DNA of 64,000 nucleotides from an uncultured Eubacteriales bacterium (GCA_949292785.1 CASFBK010000006.1:220250-284249); one strand, 5' to 3'; shown: positions 10,357 through 19,834, counted from the stretch's first letter. Notes: a model not told the origin generated them from the letters alone. Numbers and translations are program-made.

Positions 10357-11262
10357 GTGGCAGATATTGTAAATACGTTATTTAATGGATTAAGTCTTGG
10401 TTCCATCTATCTGTTGGTTGCTTTGGGATTATCCATTACATTCGGTCTGATGGGCGTCATTAACATGGCACACGGAGAGTTCATTATGATAGGCGCATAT
10501 ATGACGTATGTCATGCAGCAGATTTTTGTCTCCATATTTGGAAAAAGCGGAAGTCTGTACTACATTGTGGCAATCCCATTTGCGTTCCTTGTGACGTTTC
10601 TTCTGGGCTGTATTTTGGAAAAAACACTGATTACAAGACTGTATGGAAGAAAGGTAGACAGTCTGCTTGCAACATGGGGCATAAGCCTCATCTTGCAGCA
10701 GGCGGCAAGAAGTATCTTTGGCTCTCAGGGAGTCAACGTAACAGCGCCGGATTTTTTGAAAAACGGAATAAAGCTTGGACCGTGTACCTTTGCATATAAC
10801 CGGATTTTCATTATTATAATGGTAATTATCTGTCTGGCGGCAGTCTGGCTGTTGATGAATAAAACTCCTTTTGGAGCACAGATGAGAGCCACCATGCAGA
10901 ACCGTTCCATGGCGCAGTGTATGGGAATCAATTCAAAAAGAGTGGACTGCATTACCTTTGCACTGGGCTCCGGACTGGCAGGTGTGGCAGGCTGTTCCAT
11001 CGCCTTGCTGGGCTCTGTAGATTCCACTGTTGGACAAAATTATATTGTGTATTCTTTTATGACAGTAGTGCTTGGCGGCGTCGGAAACTTACTTGGAACC
11101 GTAATTGGAGCAATGATTATCGGATTTTCCAGTATTATTGTAGAAGCATATCAGAGTGCGTCTATTGCAAGGGCGATTGTTCTTCTTATTATCATAGTGT
11201 TCCTGCAGTTTAAGCCGAAGGGGCTGTTCGTAATCCGCAGCCGAAGTCTGGATGAAGAATAG
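10357..11262 (+). CDS. urtB: Urea ABC transporter permease
   Basis: GLSITFGLMGVINMAHGEFIMIGAY. Confidence 0.92.
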   Translation: MADIVNTLFNGLSLGSIYLLVALGLSITFGLMGVINMAHGEFIMIGAYMTYVMQQIFVSIFGKSGSLYYIVAIPFAFLVTFLLGCILEKTLITRLYGRKVDSLLATWGISLILQQAARSIFGSQGVNVTAPDFLKNGIKLGPCTFAYNRIFIIIMVIICLAAVWLLMNKTPFGAQMRATMQNRSMAQCMGINSKRVDCITFALGSGLAGVAGCSIALLGSVDSTVGQNYIVYSFMTVVLGGVGNLLGTVIGAMIIGFSSIIVEAYQSASIARAIVLLIIIVFLQFKPKGLFVIRSRSLDEE

Positions 11263-11270
11263 GAGGTAGG

Positions 11271-12353
11271 ATGATGAAGCTGAAAGAAAAGTTAAAGGGA
11301 AGAGGAAAACACATCTGTTTCCTTGTAATTGTGGTAATTTTAGCATTCTGCCCGTTTCTGGCATCCTCCACATCCATGGTGCAGTTTTTCGGGAAATGTA
11401 TCTGTTATGCCATCGTGGCAATCGCGTTGGACTTAATCTGGGGATATACCGGAATGTTGAGTCTGGGACACGGAATTTACTTTGGTCTCGGGGGATATGC
11501 CATGGCAATGTATTTAAGGCTGCGGGATAATGGCGGAAGCCTGACGGACTTTATGCAGACCGGAGGCTTAAAGGAACTGCCTTTCTTCTGGAAACCTTTC
11601 CTGCATATGCCTCTGGCGTTGATTCTGGTAATGCTGGTGCCGGGCGTGCTGGCGGCAGTGCTTGGATTTTTCGTTTTTCACAGCCGGATTAAGGGCGTGT
11701 ATTTTTCCATTATTACACAGGCGCTGACCTGGGCGGCTTACTCTTTGTTTATTGCAAATTCCAAATACACAGGAGGCAATAACGGAATTACAGACTTTAC
11801 CTCTGTATTCGGAAGCACCAGAGGAACTGCCAACCGGGGAAATCTGATGGCGATGTTCTTTACAGCCCTGCTGGTACTGGTTCTGATATATATTCTGGCA
11901 TCCTTTCTGGTAAAAAGTAAGTTCGGAAAGCTTCTGATAGCTATTCGTGACGGTGAGAACCGGACTTATTTTTCCGGATATTGTGTCAATAATTATAAGA
12001 ATTTTATCTATACCCTGTCAGCGGTGCTGACTGCCATTGGGGGAGCCTTGTTTGTGAATTTCAATGGAAGTATTACACCGTCCCAGATGACGATTTCTTA
12101 TTCCATTACCATGGTAATCTGGGTTGCAGTGGGCGGAAGAGGTACGATTATCGGAGCGGTAATCGGCGCATTTTTCATCAATATGTGCGAATATAACTTA
12201 AGCTCGGGAGCCCTTGCAGATATCTGGCAGTATATTATCGGGGCAATCTTTTGTATCACGATTCTTTTCTTCAAGGGAGGGATTGTAGGCATTGTAACAG
12301 AACAGATTCCCGCATGGATACGTCGTTTCGGCAGGAAAAAGGAGGTAGTCTAA
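11271..12353 (+). CDS. urtC: Urea ABC transporter permease
   Basis: DLIWGYTGMLSLGHG, IKGVYFSIITQAL, WVAVGGRGT. Confidence 0.92.
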   Translation: MMKLKEKLKGRGKHICFLVIVVILAFCPFLASSTSMVQFFGKCICYAIVAIALDLIWGYTGMLSLGHGIYFGLGGYAMAMYLRLRDNGGSLTDFMQTGGLKELPFFWKPFLHMPLALILVMLVPGVLAAVLGFFVFHSRIKGVYFSIITQALTWAAYSLFIANSKYTGGNNGITDFTSVFGSTRGTANRGNLMAMFFTALLVLVLIYILASFLVKSKFGKLLIAIRDGENRTYFSGYCVNNYKNFIYTLSAVLTAIGGALFVNFNGSITPSQMTISYSITMVIWVAVGGRGTIIGAVIGAFFINMCEYNLSSGALADIWQYIIGAIFCITILFFKGGIVGIVTEQIPAWIRRFGRKKEVV

Positions 12354-13139
12354 ATGGCAGAAAAAAAGGAAAATGTATTAGAAATCAAGCATATATCTGT
12401 CATTTTTGACGGATTCAAGGCACTGACGGAGGTCGACATTAATGTAAAGCGACACACCATTCATTTTTTCATCGGACCAAACGGCGCGGGAAAGACAACG
12501 CTTTTAGATATTATCTGTGCAAAGACAAAGCCCACGCTGGGAACCGTACATTTCTATCCGGAGAACAGAAATAAAATCCGTCTCACCGGAATGAAGGAGT
12601 ATAAAATTGCCAATGAAGGCATCGGCAGAAAGTTTCAGGTGCCCTCTGTGTTCGTGGAGCTGACCGTAAAGGAAAATATGATATTATCCCTGAAGGGACA
12701 TAAGGGCGTGTGGGAAAGTATTTTCTATAAGCTGTCCCGGGAAGAGGAAGAGCATATAATGGAAGTGCTGAAAAAGGTAGGACTGGAAGAAAGAACGGAT
12801 ATTCTGGCAGGTTCCCTGGCACATGGAGAGAAGCAGTGGCTGGAAATAGCCATGCAGCTTGTGCAGAAGCCGGAAATCATTATGCTGGATGAGCCGGCGG
12901 CGGGAATGGGAAAACCGGAGACCTTCCGCACCGGAGAGCTGTTAAAGGAAATAAAAAAGGAATGTACCATCATCGTGGTAGAACATGATATGGACTTTGT
13001 AAAACAGATTGCAGACACCGTAACCGTGCTTCACGAAGGAAAAGTGCTGATGGAGGGAAATGTTACCGAAGCTCTGGCGGATAAGACGGTGCAGGCAGTT
13101 TATCTGGGAAGAGGAGGGGAACGAAATGCTGACAATTAA
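12354..13139 (+). CDS. urtD: Urea ABC transporter ATPase
   Basis: GPNGAGKT, LAHGEKQWLEI, LDEPAAG. Confidence 0.93.
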   Translation: MAEKKENVLEIKHISVIFDGFKALTEVDINVKRHTIHFFIGPNGAGKTTLLDIICAKTKPTLGTVHFYPENRNKIRLTGMKEYKIANEGIGRKFQVPSVFVELTVKENMILSLKGHKGVWESIFYKLSREEEEHIMEVLKKVGLEERTDILAGSLAHGEKQWLEIAMQLVQKPEIIMLDEPAAGMGKPETFRTGELLKEIKKECTIIVVEHDMDFVKQIADTVTVLHEGKVLMEGNVTEALADKTVQAVYLGRGGERNADN

Positions 13140-13815
13140 GAACATGAGCGCTTGTTACGGAGAAAGCAGCGTGATTCGTAATCTGAACCTGGAGGTACCG
13201 GATGGAAAGATTGTCTGCCTGATTGGCAGAAATGGCGTAGGAAAAAGCACTACCTTAAAGAGTATCATGGGACTGGTAAAGACGCCGGAGGGCGTCATTG
13301 AACTGGCGGGAAAGGACATGATGAAGCTGCCTGCCTATGACAGGGCAAGGCTTGGAATCGGTTATGTACCTCAGGGAAGAGATATTTTTCCCCAGATGAC
13401 GGTGCAGGAGAATCTGGAGCTGGGACGAAAGGCAAAGGGAGGCGGAGAGGTTCCGGAGTATATCTATGAGCTGTTTCCCATTCTTCCCACGTTTTCTAAG
13501 CGAAAGGGCGGCGACCTCTCCGGCGGACAGCAGCAGCAGCTTGCCATCGCCCGGGCGCTGGTGACAAAGCCGAAGATTCTGATTCTGGATGAACCTACGG
13601 AAGGAATCCAGCCCTCCATTATTCAGGATATCGGAAGAGCAATCCGAAGAGTCAACAGAGAACTGGGGATTACCGTGCTGATTGTAGAACAATATCTGGA
13701 CTTTGTATTGGATATTTCCGATGATATCTATATAATGGAAAAAGGAAGTATCGTTATGCAGGGTGAGACGAAGAGCTTGTCCAGGGATGAAGTACAGAAA
13801 ATGATGACAGAGTAA
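13126..13815 (+). CDS. urtE: Urea ABC transporter ATPase
   Basis: GRNGVGKS, LSGGQQQQLAI, LDEPTEGIQP; ATG at 13126 after GAGGAGG. Confidence 0.93.
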   Translation: MLTIKNMSACYGESSVIRNLNLEVPDGKIVCLIGRNGVGKSTTLKSIMGLVKTPEGVIELAGKDMMKLPAYDRARLGIGYVPQGRDIFPQMTVQENLELGRKAKGGGEVPEYIYELFPILPTFSKRKGGDLSGGQQQQLAIARALVTKPKILILDEPTEGIQPSIIQDIGRAIRRVNRELGITVLIVEQYLDFVLDISDDIYIMEKGSIVMQGETKSLSRDEVQKMMTE

Positions 13816-13826
13816 GAGGTGAGTGT

Positions 13827-14909
13827 ATGGCAGAAACCGTTTCTAATTCCATCTTGGTGGTAGATGACAGTCCCGAACAGATTCGCTTTGTCAGCGAACT
13901 GCTAAAGCCCGAAGGGTGCAGGATTTATGCAGCTCTTAGCTGTGAGGATGCTTTTGAACTATTAGAGAAGCATATACCGAATCTGATTTTACTGGATATT
14001 GTTATGCCGGGGATGGATGGTTTTACTTTTTGCAGACAAATCAAGCAGAATGAGCGTTTGAAGGATATACCGGTGATTTTTGCAACCGCATATCATGACG
14101 AAGCGTATCTGACCAGAGGCTTCGAGGCGGGAGGCTGCGACTATGTAGTGAAACCGTTTATCAAGGAAGAGCTGATGGAGCGGGTAAAGGTTCGGATACG
14201 TTTATCCCAAAAACGGATAGAACTGCAAAAAGCATATGCAGAAATGGATACCTTCTGTTATACATTATCTCATGATATCCGGGCTCCCCTATATGTAATC
14301 AAGCAGCTGTCAGAACTATTATCCGGAGAAATCAAAGAAGGAAATTATGATGAAGTAGAAAAAATATGCGGTATGATAGAAGAAAAAGCATCCCGCACAG
14401 CAACCATGACAGATGGATTACATAAATTTTCAAAAGCCCTGTATGCAGACATAAATTATGAAAAGATAAATATGGACAGGATGTTTTCAGAAGTGTATCA
14501 GGAACTGGTTATGCTGCAGGAAGAACGGAAAATTGTGTATGAGCAGGAAAAATTACCGGATATTTATGGAGATACCGTCTTGCTTCGTGTGGTTGTAATG
14601 AATGTGCTCAGCAATGCACTGAAATTTACTGCAAAAAAGCAGGAAAGCAGAATACATGTATATGCGCAAAACAGGGAAGGGAATATTGCTTATTGTGTTC
14701 AGGACAACGGAATTGGATTTGAGGAGAAATATGTATCAGAGTTGTTTGGCGTATTCCATCGGCTCCATGGGGAGGAATTCAGTGGAGACGGCATTGGACT
14801 TGCAACAGTAAAGAGAATTGTGGACAGACATAACGGGGAAGTGGAAATGTATTCCAGACCCCAGGAGGGCGCATGTATCAAAATTGTTTTGCCTGTGATA
14901 AAAAAATAG
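13827..14909 (+). CDS. Cytoplasmic REC-HisKA-HATPase hybrid signalling protein
   Basis: ILVVDD, LLDIVMP, H-box LSHDIRAPL, SNALKF, DNGIG, GDGIGL; no TM segment. Confidence 0.9.
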   Translation: MAETVSNSILVVDDSPEQIRFVSELLKPEGCRIYAALSCEDAFELLEKHIPNLILLDIVMPGMDGFTFCRQIKQNERLKDIPVIFATAYHDEAYLTRGFEAGGCDYVVKPFIKEELMERVKVRIRLSQKRIELQKAYAEMDTFCYTLSHDIRAPLYVIKQLSELLSGEIKEGNYDEVEKICGMIEEKASRTATMTDGLHKFSKALYADINYEKINMDRMFSEVYQELVMLQEERKIVYEQEKLPDIYGDTVLLRVVVMNVLSNALKFTAKKQESRIHVYAQNREGNIAYCVQDNGIGFEEKYVSELFGVFHRLHGEEFSGDGIGLATVKRIVDRHNGEVEMYSRPQEGACIKIVLPVIKK

Positions 14910-14930
14910 ATAAGAAAAGAGGCGAAGTGA

Positions 14931-15560
14931 ATGGATAATTATATAATTACAATAGCAAGAGGCTTTGGAAGCGGCGGAAAAGAAATCGGAAGCAGGCTTG
15001 CAAAGCGGCTGAATATACCATGCTATGAGTCACAGATTTTGAAAATGGCATCCGATGAAAGCGGACTCAACGAGGCATTATTTCAGCGGGCAGACGAAAA
15101 ACTGGATGCTTACAGTACCATTAAGAACTATTTGAAAAAAATTCCCTTTAACGAGCTGGCGGAACCCTCTGACAGAGAATTTACCTCAAATGAAAATTTA
15201 TTTAATATTCAAAGCCAGATTATACGCCATCTGGCACGCTGTGAATCCTGTGTTATTATCGGAAAATGTGCGGACTATGTGCTGAAAGATTTTCCAAATG
15301 TCATCAGTGTCTATATCGAAGCTCCCCGCGCAGCCTGCGTGGAATCCATTGTAGGAAAGCTTGGCATAACGGAAGCAGAAGCCCATAAGATGATTGAGAA
15401 AACCGACAAATACAGGGCAGACTATTATCACTATTATACAGGAGGCGGTTACTGGACCAATCCGGTCAATTACGATATGACATTGAACAGCGCAAGAGTA
15501 GGAAGAGAACGGTGCGTAGATGTGATTGAACAATATATGAACATAAAATGGAAGTGTTAA
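14931..15560 (+). CDS. Cytidylate kinase-like family protein
   Basis: ITIARGFGSGG, VIIGKCADYVL, YDMTLNS. Confidence 0.85.
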   Translation: MDNYIITIARGFGSGGKEIGSRLAKRLNIPCYESQILKMASDESGLNEALFQRADEKLDAYSTIKNYLKKIPFNELAEPSDREFTSNENLFNIQSQIIRHLARCESCVIIGKCADYVLKDFPNVISVYIEAPRAACVESIVGKLGITEAEAHKMIEKTDKYRADYYHYYTGGGYWTNPVNYDMTLNSARVGRERCVDVIEQYMNIKWKC

Positions 15561-15569
15561 ACGCAATGT

Positions 15570-15608
15570 AGGCATTCAGGGACTGATGATTTTAGTCTTT
15601 GGATGCCT
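15570..15608 (+). terminator. Hairpin terminator after the cytidylate-kinase-like gene
   Basis: AGGCATTCAGGGACT...AGTCTTTGGATGCCT inverted repeat. Confidence 0.6.
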
Positions 15609-15723
15609 GTTTGTCAATATAAAATCTGCCGTTTGGCGAAGCGGGTGGAAGCCAAAATGCAGTGGAATATTCTATGAAACCGGAAATAATATAGTAAAAA
15701 GATAATGTAAGAAAAGGACGGTT

Positions 15724-16116
15724 ATGAACAGTCCTAAATTTGAAAATCTTTTAAACCTTGCCTTAGATGCCACCGAACGGGAACGCGAAAAGTCAGTGCA
15801 ATTAGGCGTAGGATACGAGGCGGCAGATAATACATGGGAGATAATTGTAAAATATTCCGGTGATATAAAGCGCTTAGAACAGCAGGACCCCAGAATCCAG
15901 GTTACGGAGCTGATGAATGAATATGCGATTCTACGGGTACCGGAGGATGCCATGGGTCTGGTTGCGGCAGCATCGGAGGTAGAGTTTGTAGAAAAGCCCA
16001 AGCGAATGTTTTTTGCAGTAAGTCAGGGAAAGAGTGTCTCCTGTATCAATGCTGTGCAAAGTGGGAGATATGGGCTTACCGGAAAAGGCGTCATTGTAGC
16101 AATTTTGGATTCCGGG
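15724..16116 (+). pseudogene. 5' fragment of an S8 subtilase (Csp-like), interrupted by the ICE
   Basis: Prodomain-like ENLLNLALDA...WEIIVKYSGD...EFVEKPKR, then LTGKGVIVAILDSG (catalytic Asp); continuity breaks right after DSG and a stop follows at 16143. Confidence 0.8.
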
Positions 16117-16431
16117 GAACGTGTTATTATAATGTCAAGTTAGTAAGAACCCAACAAAATCAAGGGTTCCCGCTGATTTAGTCCTACGAAAAAAAGCCAA
16201 ATCAAAGGTTATTTTGAGTTAGGATGGGCTCATTTTATAATTCAGAAAACACAACTTGCAGTTATTTAACACGCTGTATATTTGACTATGGCAATAGGCA
16301 TTTTATGCCTGAAAATTGAATATTGTGATTTAGATAGGACTAAATTAGCTCTCGTGCGGACAAGTTCCGCATTGCTAAAGCTGACTTGGTCCTATTTTTT
16401 TCGCCCGGAAAAGGAGGACGCAAAAAAAGTA

Positions 16432-16818
16432 ATGACAAAGCGAGAGTTAATTCAGTTCTTAGACAAACTGGTGGAGTTAGCCAGCGAAGAAAACAAGACA
16501 AAAGCAATATTGATAAAAGAAAAAATGATAAGTGACTTTGAGAAAAGTTATGAGTATGAAAAGGAGGTTGAGACAGAGATTTCCGATCTGCCGCCCTGTT
16601 ATATAGCAGCCATGCCGGATGCCATGCAGGAAGAAATTAAGCAGAAAGTAATAACAGCACTTACCGAGCATGGAGAGTGTACTCCTGAAAATGTTGACAG
16701 AGCGATGTGTTCTAAAATCTACGATCTGGAAGAATTGATAGATATTCGGGAGTATGTCAGGCAACTGGAAGAAGAACAGCAAAAGAAAACAGAGCAGAAA
16801 CGGAGGGGCGGCAGATGA
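16432..16818 (+). CDS. Hypothetical protein, first ICE gene
   Basis: Open ORF; AAGGAGG upstream of ATG 16432; C-terminal KQRRGGR-type basic tail common in ICE proteins. Confidence 0.6.
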   Translation: MTKRELIQFLDKLVELASEENKTKAILIKEKMISDFEKSYEYEKEVETEISDLPPCYIAAMPDAMQEEIKQKVITALTEHGECTPENVDRAMCSKIYDLEELIDIREYVRQLEEEQQKKTEQKRRGGR

Positions 16819-16958
16819 TAGGAATCGTGATATTGACAGTATTTATATGGATTATGTTTTTCTCCCTTGCAAAAGCAGCAGGAATGGCAGACAGGAGACT
16901 TGAGGAAATACAGAGGCTTACCGCCGAGAGAGAGGCGGGTGCTGCGGATGGGAATTAA
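16815..16958 (+). CDS. 47-aa small membrane protein (below ORF-track cutoff)
   Basis: MIGIVILTVFIWIMFFSLAKAAG...; GGAGGGG RBS; ATGA overlap with the upstream stop. Confidence 0.55.
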   Translation: MIGIVILTVFIWIMFFSLAKAAGMADRRLEEIQRLTAEREAGAADGN

Positions 16959-17247
16959 CATCAGGGTAAAAAAATCCCCGAAGCCGCTTGATGTGATTAC
17001 AGCAAAAATGAAGCTGGAAAGAGATTTGAAAAGCTGTATGCACTGCCGGTTCTTTTATGGCAATAACAGTCAATGTATTGCAAGCCAGTGTGTCAGGGAG
17101 GAAAGGAAAGCGGAAGTTTCAGAGCAGGATATGGAGAGTGAGTGTTTTGACTGTCCGTATCGTCAGTCAGAAAAGTATTGTTTCCCATGTATGAAAAAGA
17201 TATTGGGAAAGCATGGAAAACCAGAGACAGGAGGAAACGCAGAATGA
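16948..17247 (+). CDS. Cys-rich hypothetical protein (possible Zn-binding)
   Basis: CMHC...C, CFDC, CFPC; translationally coupled to the parM-like gene. Confidence 0.6.
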   Translation: MGINIRVKKSPKPLDVITAKMKLERDLKSCMHCRFFYGNNSQCIASQCVREERKAEVSEQDMESECFDCPYRQSEKYCFPCMKKILGKHGKPETGGNAE

Positions 17248-18176
17248 ATAAACATATCGAAGTAATCGGTGTGGATCATGGCTGGTCCGGTATAAAAACG
17301 GTCAGTCAGGTATTTACTACCGGAGTAAAGGAAATTACAACGGAACCTGCATTTTTCAACAACGTGGTGGAATATAATGGTTCTTATTACAAGGTAGGCG
17401 GGAAACGTCTGGAGGTAAGGGATTTAAAGGTGGAAAATGACAACTTCTATCTTCTTACACTGGCAGCGGCAGCAAAAGAGCTGAACAGACGGGGAATGAG
17501 AAATGCAGATATTCTTTTATCCGTTGGACTGCCCCTTACTCGTTTTGGAGCAGAAAAGCAGGATTTTATCGAATACCTGTCAAGAAATAAGGAAGTTACC
17601 TTCCGTTTTGACAAGGAGCAGTACCGTATAAATCTTGCAAGGGTATCGGTGTTCCCGCAATGCTATGCGGCGGTTGCCGACAGGATGAAAAACCTGCCCA
17701 AAAGGGTAGTGGTGGTTGACATTGGAAGCTGGACCATCGACATTATGCCCATTGAAGACTCCGCACCAAACGAAGCGGAATGTATCACACTCAGGGAAGG
17801 TCTGATTAAGTGCATGGGTACAATCAATGATGAATGTATCCGCCAGCATGGCAGGGAAATCAGCGAGGAGGATATACAGGAGGTCATGAGGACCGGAAAA
17901 GCCGGAAAGCTGCCGCAGAAGTACATGGCTATCGTGGAGGAATGTCTTAAGGGTTATGCAGAAAAGGTCTACAACATCCTGCTGGAGCATGGATATAACC
18001 TTGATATTACAGAGATTGTTTTTGTGGGAGGCGGGGCAACGGTCATGAAGCTCTTTGGCAGCCATGAAGGAAGCAATATCCAGTACATTGAGGATGTAAA
18101 GGCAAATGCAAAAGGCTATGAATTTCTCGGAAGGCTTTATCTTTCCACACATAAAAGGGAATTTGGATTGGGGTGA
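17244..18176 (+). CDS. ParM/StbA-family actin-like ATPase
   Basis: IGVDHGWSGIK, VVVDIGSWTID, VFVGGGA, ANAKGY. Confidence 0.88.
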   Translation: MNKHIEVIGVDHGWSGIKTVSQVFTTGVKEITTEPAFFNNVVEYNGSYYKVGGKRLEVRDLKVENDNFYLLTLAAAAKELNRRGMRNADILLSVGLPLTRFGAEKQDFIEYLSRNKEVTFRFDKEQYRINLARVSVFPQCYAAVADRMKNLPKRVVVVDIGSWTIDIMPIEDSAPNEAECITLREGLIKCMGTINDECIRQHGREISEEDIQEVMRTGKAGKLPQKYMAIVEECLKGYAEKVYNILLEHGYNLDITEIVFVGGGATVMKLFGSHEGSNIQYIEDVKANAKGYEFLGRLYLSTHKREFGLG

Positions 18177-18181
18177 GGTAA

Positions 18182-18598
18182 ATGGGCAAAGGGAACATTG
18201 TGTATCACAATTTAAGGATGAACCTTGACAACGAGCAGCACAGAAGGGTACATTTAGTTCTGTCGGACTTAAATACGGATGTCCATAAATCTGTCAACCA
18301 GTTCCTGATTGATGCGGCAGACAGCTATATCAGCAGACTTGCGGGCAGCGAGCTGACAAACAAAGAACAGCAGTCAGGCGAATGCCCCTACATCACAAAG
18401 GAAGATATGGAGCAGTTACGCAGGGAAATGAAAGATGAACTGCAAAAGGAAATGATTGTCCTATTAGGTTCTGCACTTACGGGAAACAAGGGAGTAACGG
18501 TGCAGGAAGTCAGGGCAGAACACAGGAAACAAAGAGGGACAGAGGAAGATACCGATGCCGACGAAACAACACTGGGGCTTGCCTCGTCATGGGGTTAG
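18182..18598 (+). CDS. Hypothetical protein, possible partition adaptor
   Basis: Directly follows the ParM-like gene; N-terminal NLRMNLDNEQHRRV...SVNQFLIDA. Confidence 0.55.
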   Translation: MGKGNIVYHNLRMNLDNEQHRRVHLVLSDLNTDVHKSVNQFLIDAADSYISRLAGSELTNKEQQSGECPYITKEDMEQLRREMKDELQKEMIVLLGSALTGNKGVTVQEVRAEHRKQRGTEEDTDADETTLGLASSWG

Positions 18599-18616
18599 CA
18601 GAAAGGAGGAAAAGAT

Positions 18617-18796
18617 ATGGCAGGAATGGTTTTAAGAAAAACAGGTATGGTGTTACTTGCCATACTGAAAGGTCTGCTCCATGCAGTACTCATGATACTG
18701 AAGCTGTTATGCACAGGACTGAAATTGTTCCTGCTGCTGTTCGCCCTTGCGGCAAGGCTGGTATTGTCTTTCATCGGGGTATCAGCAGGGGATTAG
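18617..18796 (+). CDS. 59-aa hydrophobic small protein
   Basis: GAAAGGAGG RBS; MAGMVLRKTGMVLLAILKGLLHAVLMILKLLCTGLKLFLLLFALAARLVLSFIGVSAGD. Confidence 0.6.
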   Translation: MAGMVLRKTGMVLLAILKGLLHAVLMILKLLCTGLKLFLLLFALAARLVLSFIGVSAGD

Positions 18797-19067
18797 GAGG
18801 TTAAGAGTATGTGGAGATACCGTTTTTTACAGAGTTACAGGCATGATGCCAGGGCAAGAAGAATAATGGCGTATTACTACCGATTAATGCTAAAATAGAG
18901 GAGGATTGCATGAACAGAATACGGGACAGTCCTGATGCGTGATAAGAAAAATCACAGGATCAAAGAACCGTTCCGTAAACTGTCACACAGATAAATACAG
19001 TACCCATAAGGGTAGGCAGTTTATGGAACAGAAGCCTGTCCTTATGGGAGAGAGGACAGGTGGGCAT

Positions 19068-19811
19068 ATGGAGAAAATAAAAATAGTTTTCCTTTTATCC
19101 GTAATCATCCTGCTTGGGGCAGGATGCGGAAAGAAAGAAGCACAGGTAACAGAGGAGCAGAGTGTGGAGACGGAAACGCAGGAATCAGTAACCGATAATG
19201 AGGGCAATTCCGCAAAGAGCGAAGCGGAGGAAGCTGTGACAGAGAAGCCGGAGCAAACGGAAGAACCGAAGGAAAGCGCCGGGGCAGAGGACAGCAAGCC
19301 GGAGGAAAGCGGTTCCGGAGAGAAAACGGTCACAGAATCCAAAGCCGGACAGGAAACGCCGCAGGAGAGTGAAAAGCAGACGGAAACCCCACAGCCACAG
19401 ACTCCGCAGCCGCAGACACCGGAACCGGAGCAGCCGGCACAGGCAGAGCCGGTATCATACAGTCCGGAGAGGGTGGTGCAGCTTGCAACGGAAAAGACCA
19501 GGGCATACGGAAAGATATACATTCCGGATGACCTGAACCAGATGCTTGCAGAAGGGACACTGACACAGGAGGAATACAATGCGTGTTATCCCACAGACGG
19601 GGCGGGTTATCTGGAGTTCTATGTGGCAACGGACTTAAACGAGGCAAGGGATGTCAGCGGCACAGTCAAATTTAACAGCGAGGAGGACATTGCGGAAAAC
19701 ATTGCAGGAATGTACAAAGCCCTTTCACAGCAGTATTTTTATATCGAATATCATGGAACAGTGATGTATGGCGATAAAGAGTGTTATGTATTCTACTGTT
19801 ACCGGGCATAA
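19068..19811 (+). CDS. Lipoprotein with acidic/Pro-rich linker and conserved-looking C-terminal domain
   Basis: Signal and lipobox MEKIKIVFLLSVIILLGAGC. Confidence 0.75.
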   Translation: MEKIKIVFLLSVIILLGAGCGKKEAQVTEEQSVETETQESVTDNEGNSAKSEAEEAVTEKPEQTEEPKESAGAEDSKPEESGSGEKTVTESKAGQETPQESEKQTETPQPQTPQPQTPEPEQPAQAEPVSYSPERVVQLATEKTRAYGKIYIPDDLNQMLAEGTLTQEEYNACYPTDGAGYLEFYVATDLNEARDVSGTVKFNSEEDIAENIAGMYKALSQQYFYIEYHGTVMYGDKECYVFYCYRA

Positions 19812-19834
19812 AAGGAAACAGAAGCAAGAAAAAG

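Noticed and set aside
15660-15723. Sporulation sigma-factor promoter for the S8 gene
   Set aside because: AT-rich, but no convincing sigE/sigK consensus match
19380-19450. PQPQTP repeats, and the Ala/Lys-rich stretch at ~48420-48620
   Set aside because: Ordinary low-complexity protein linkers
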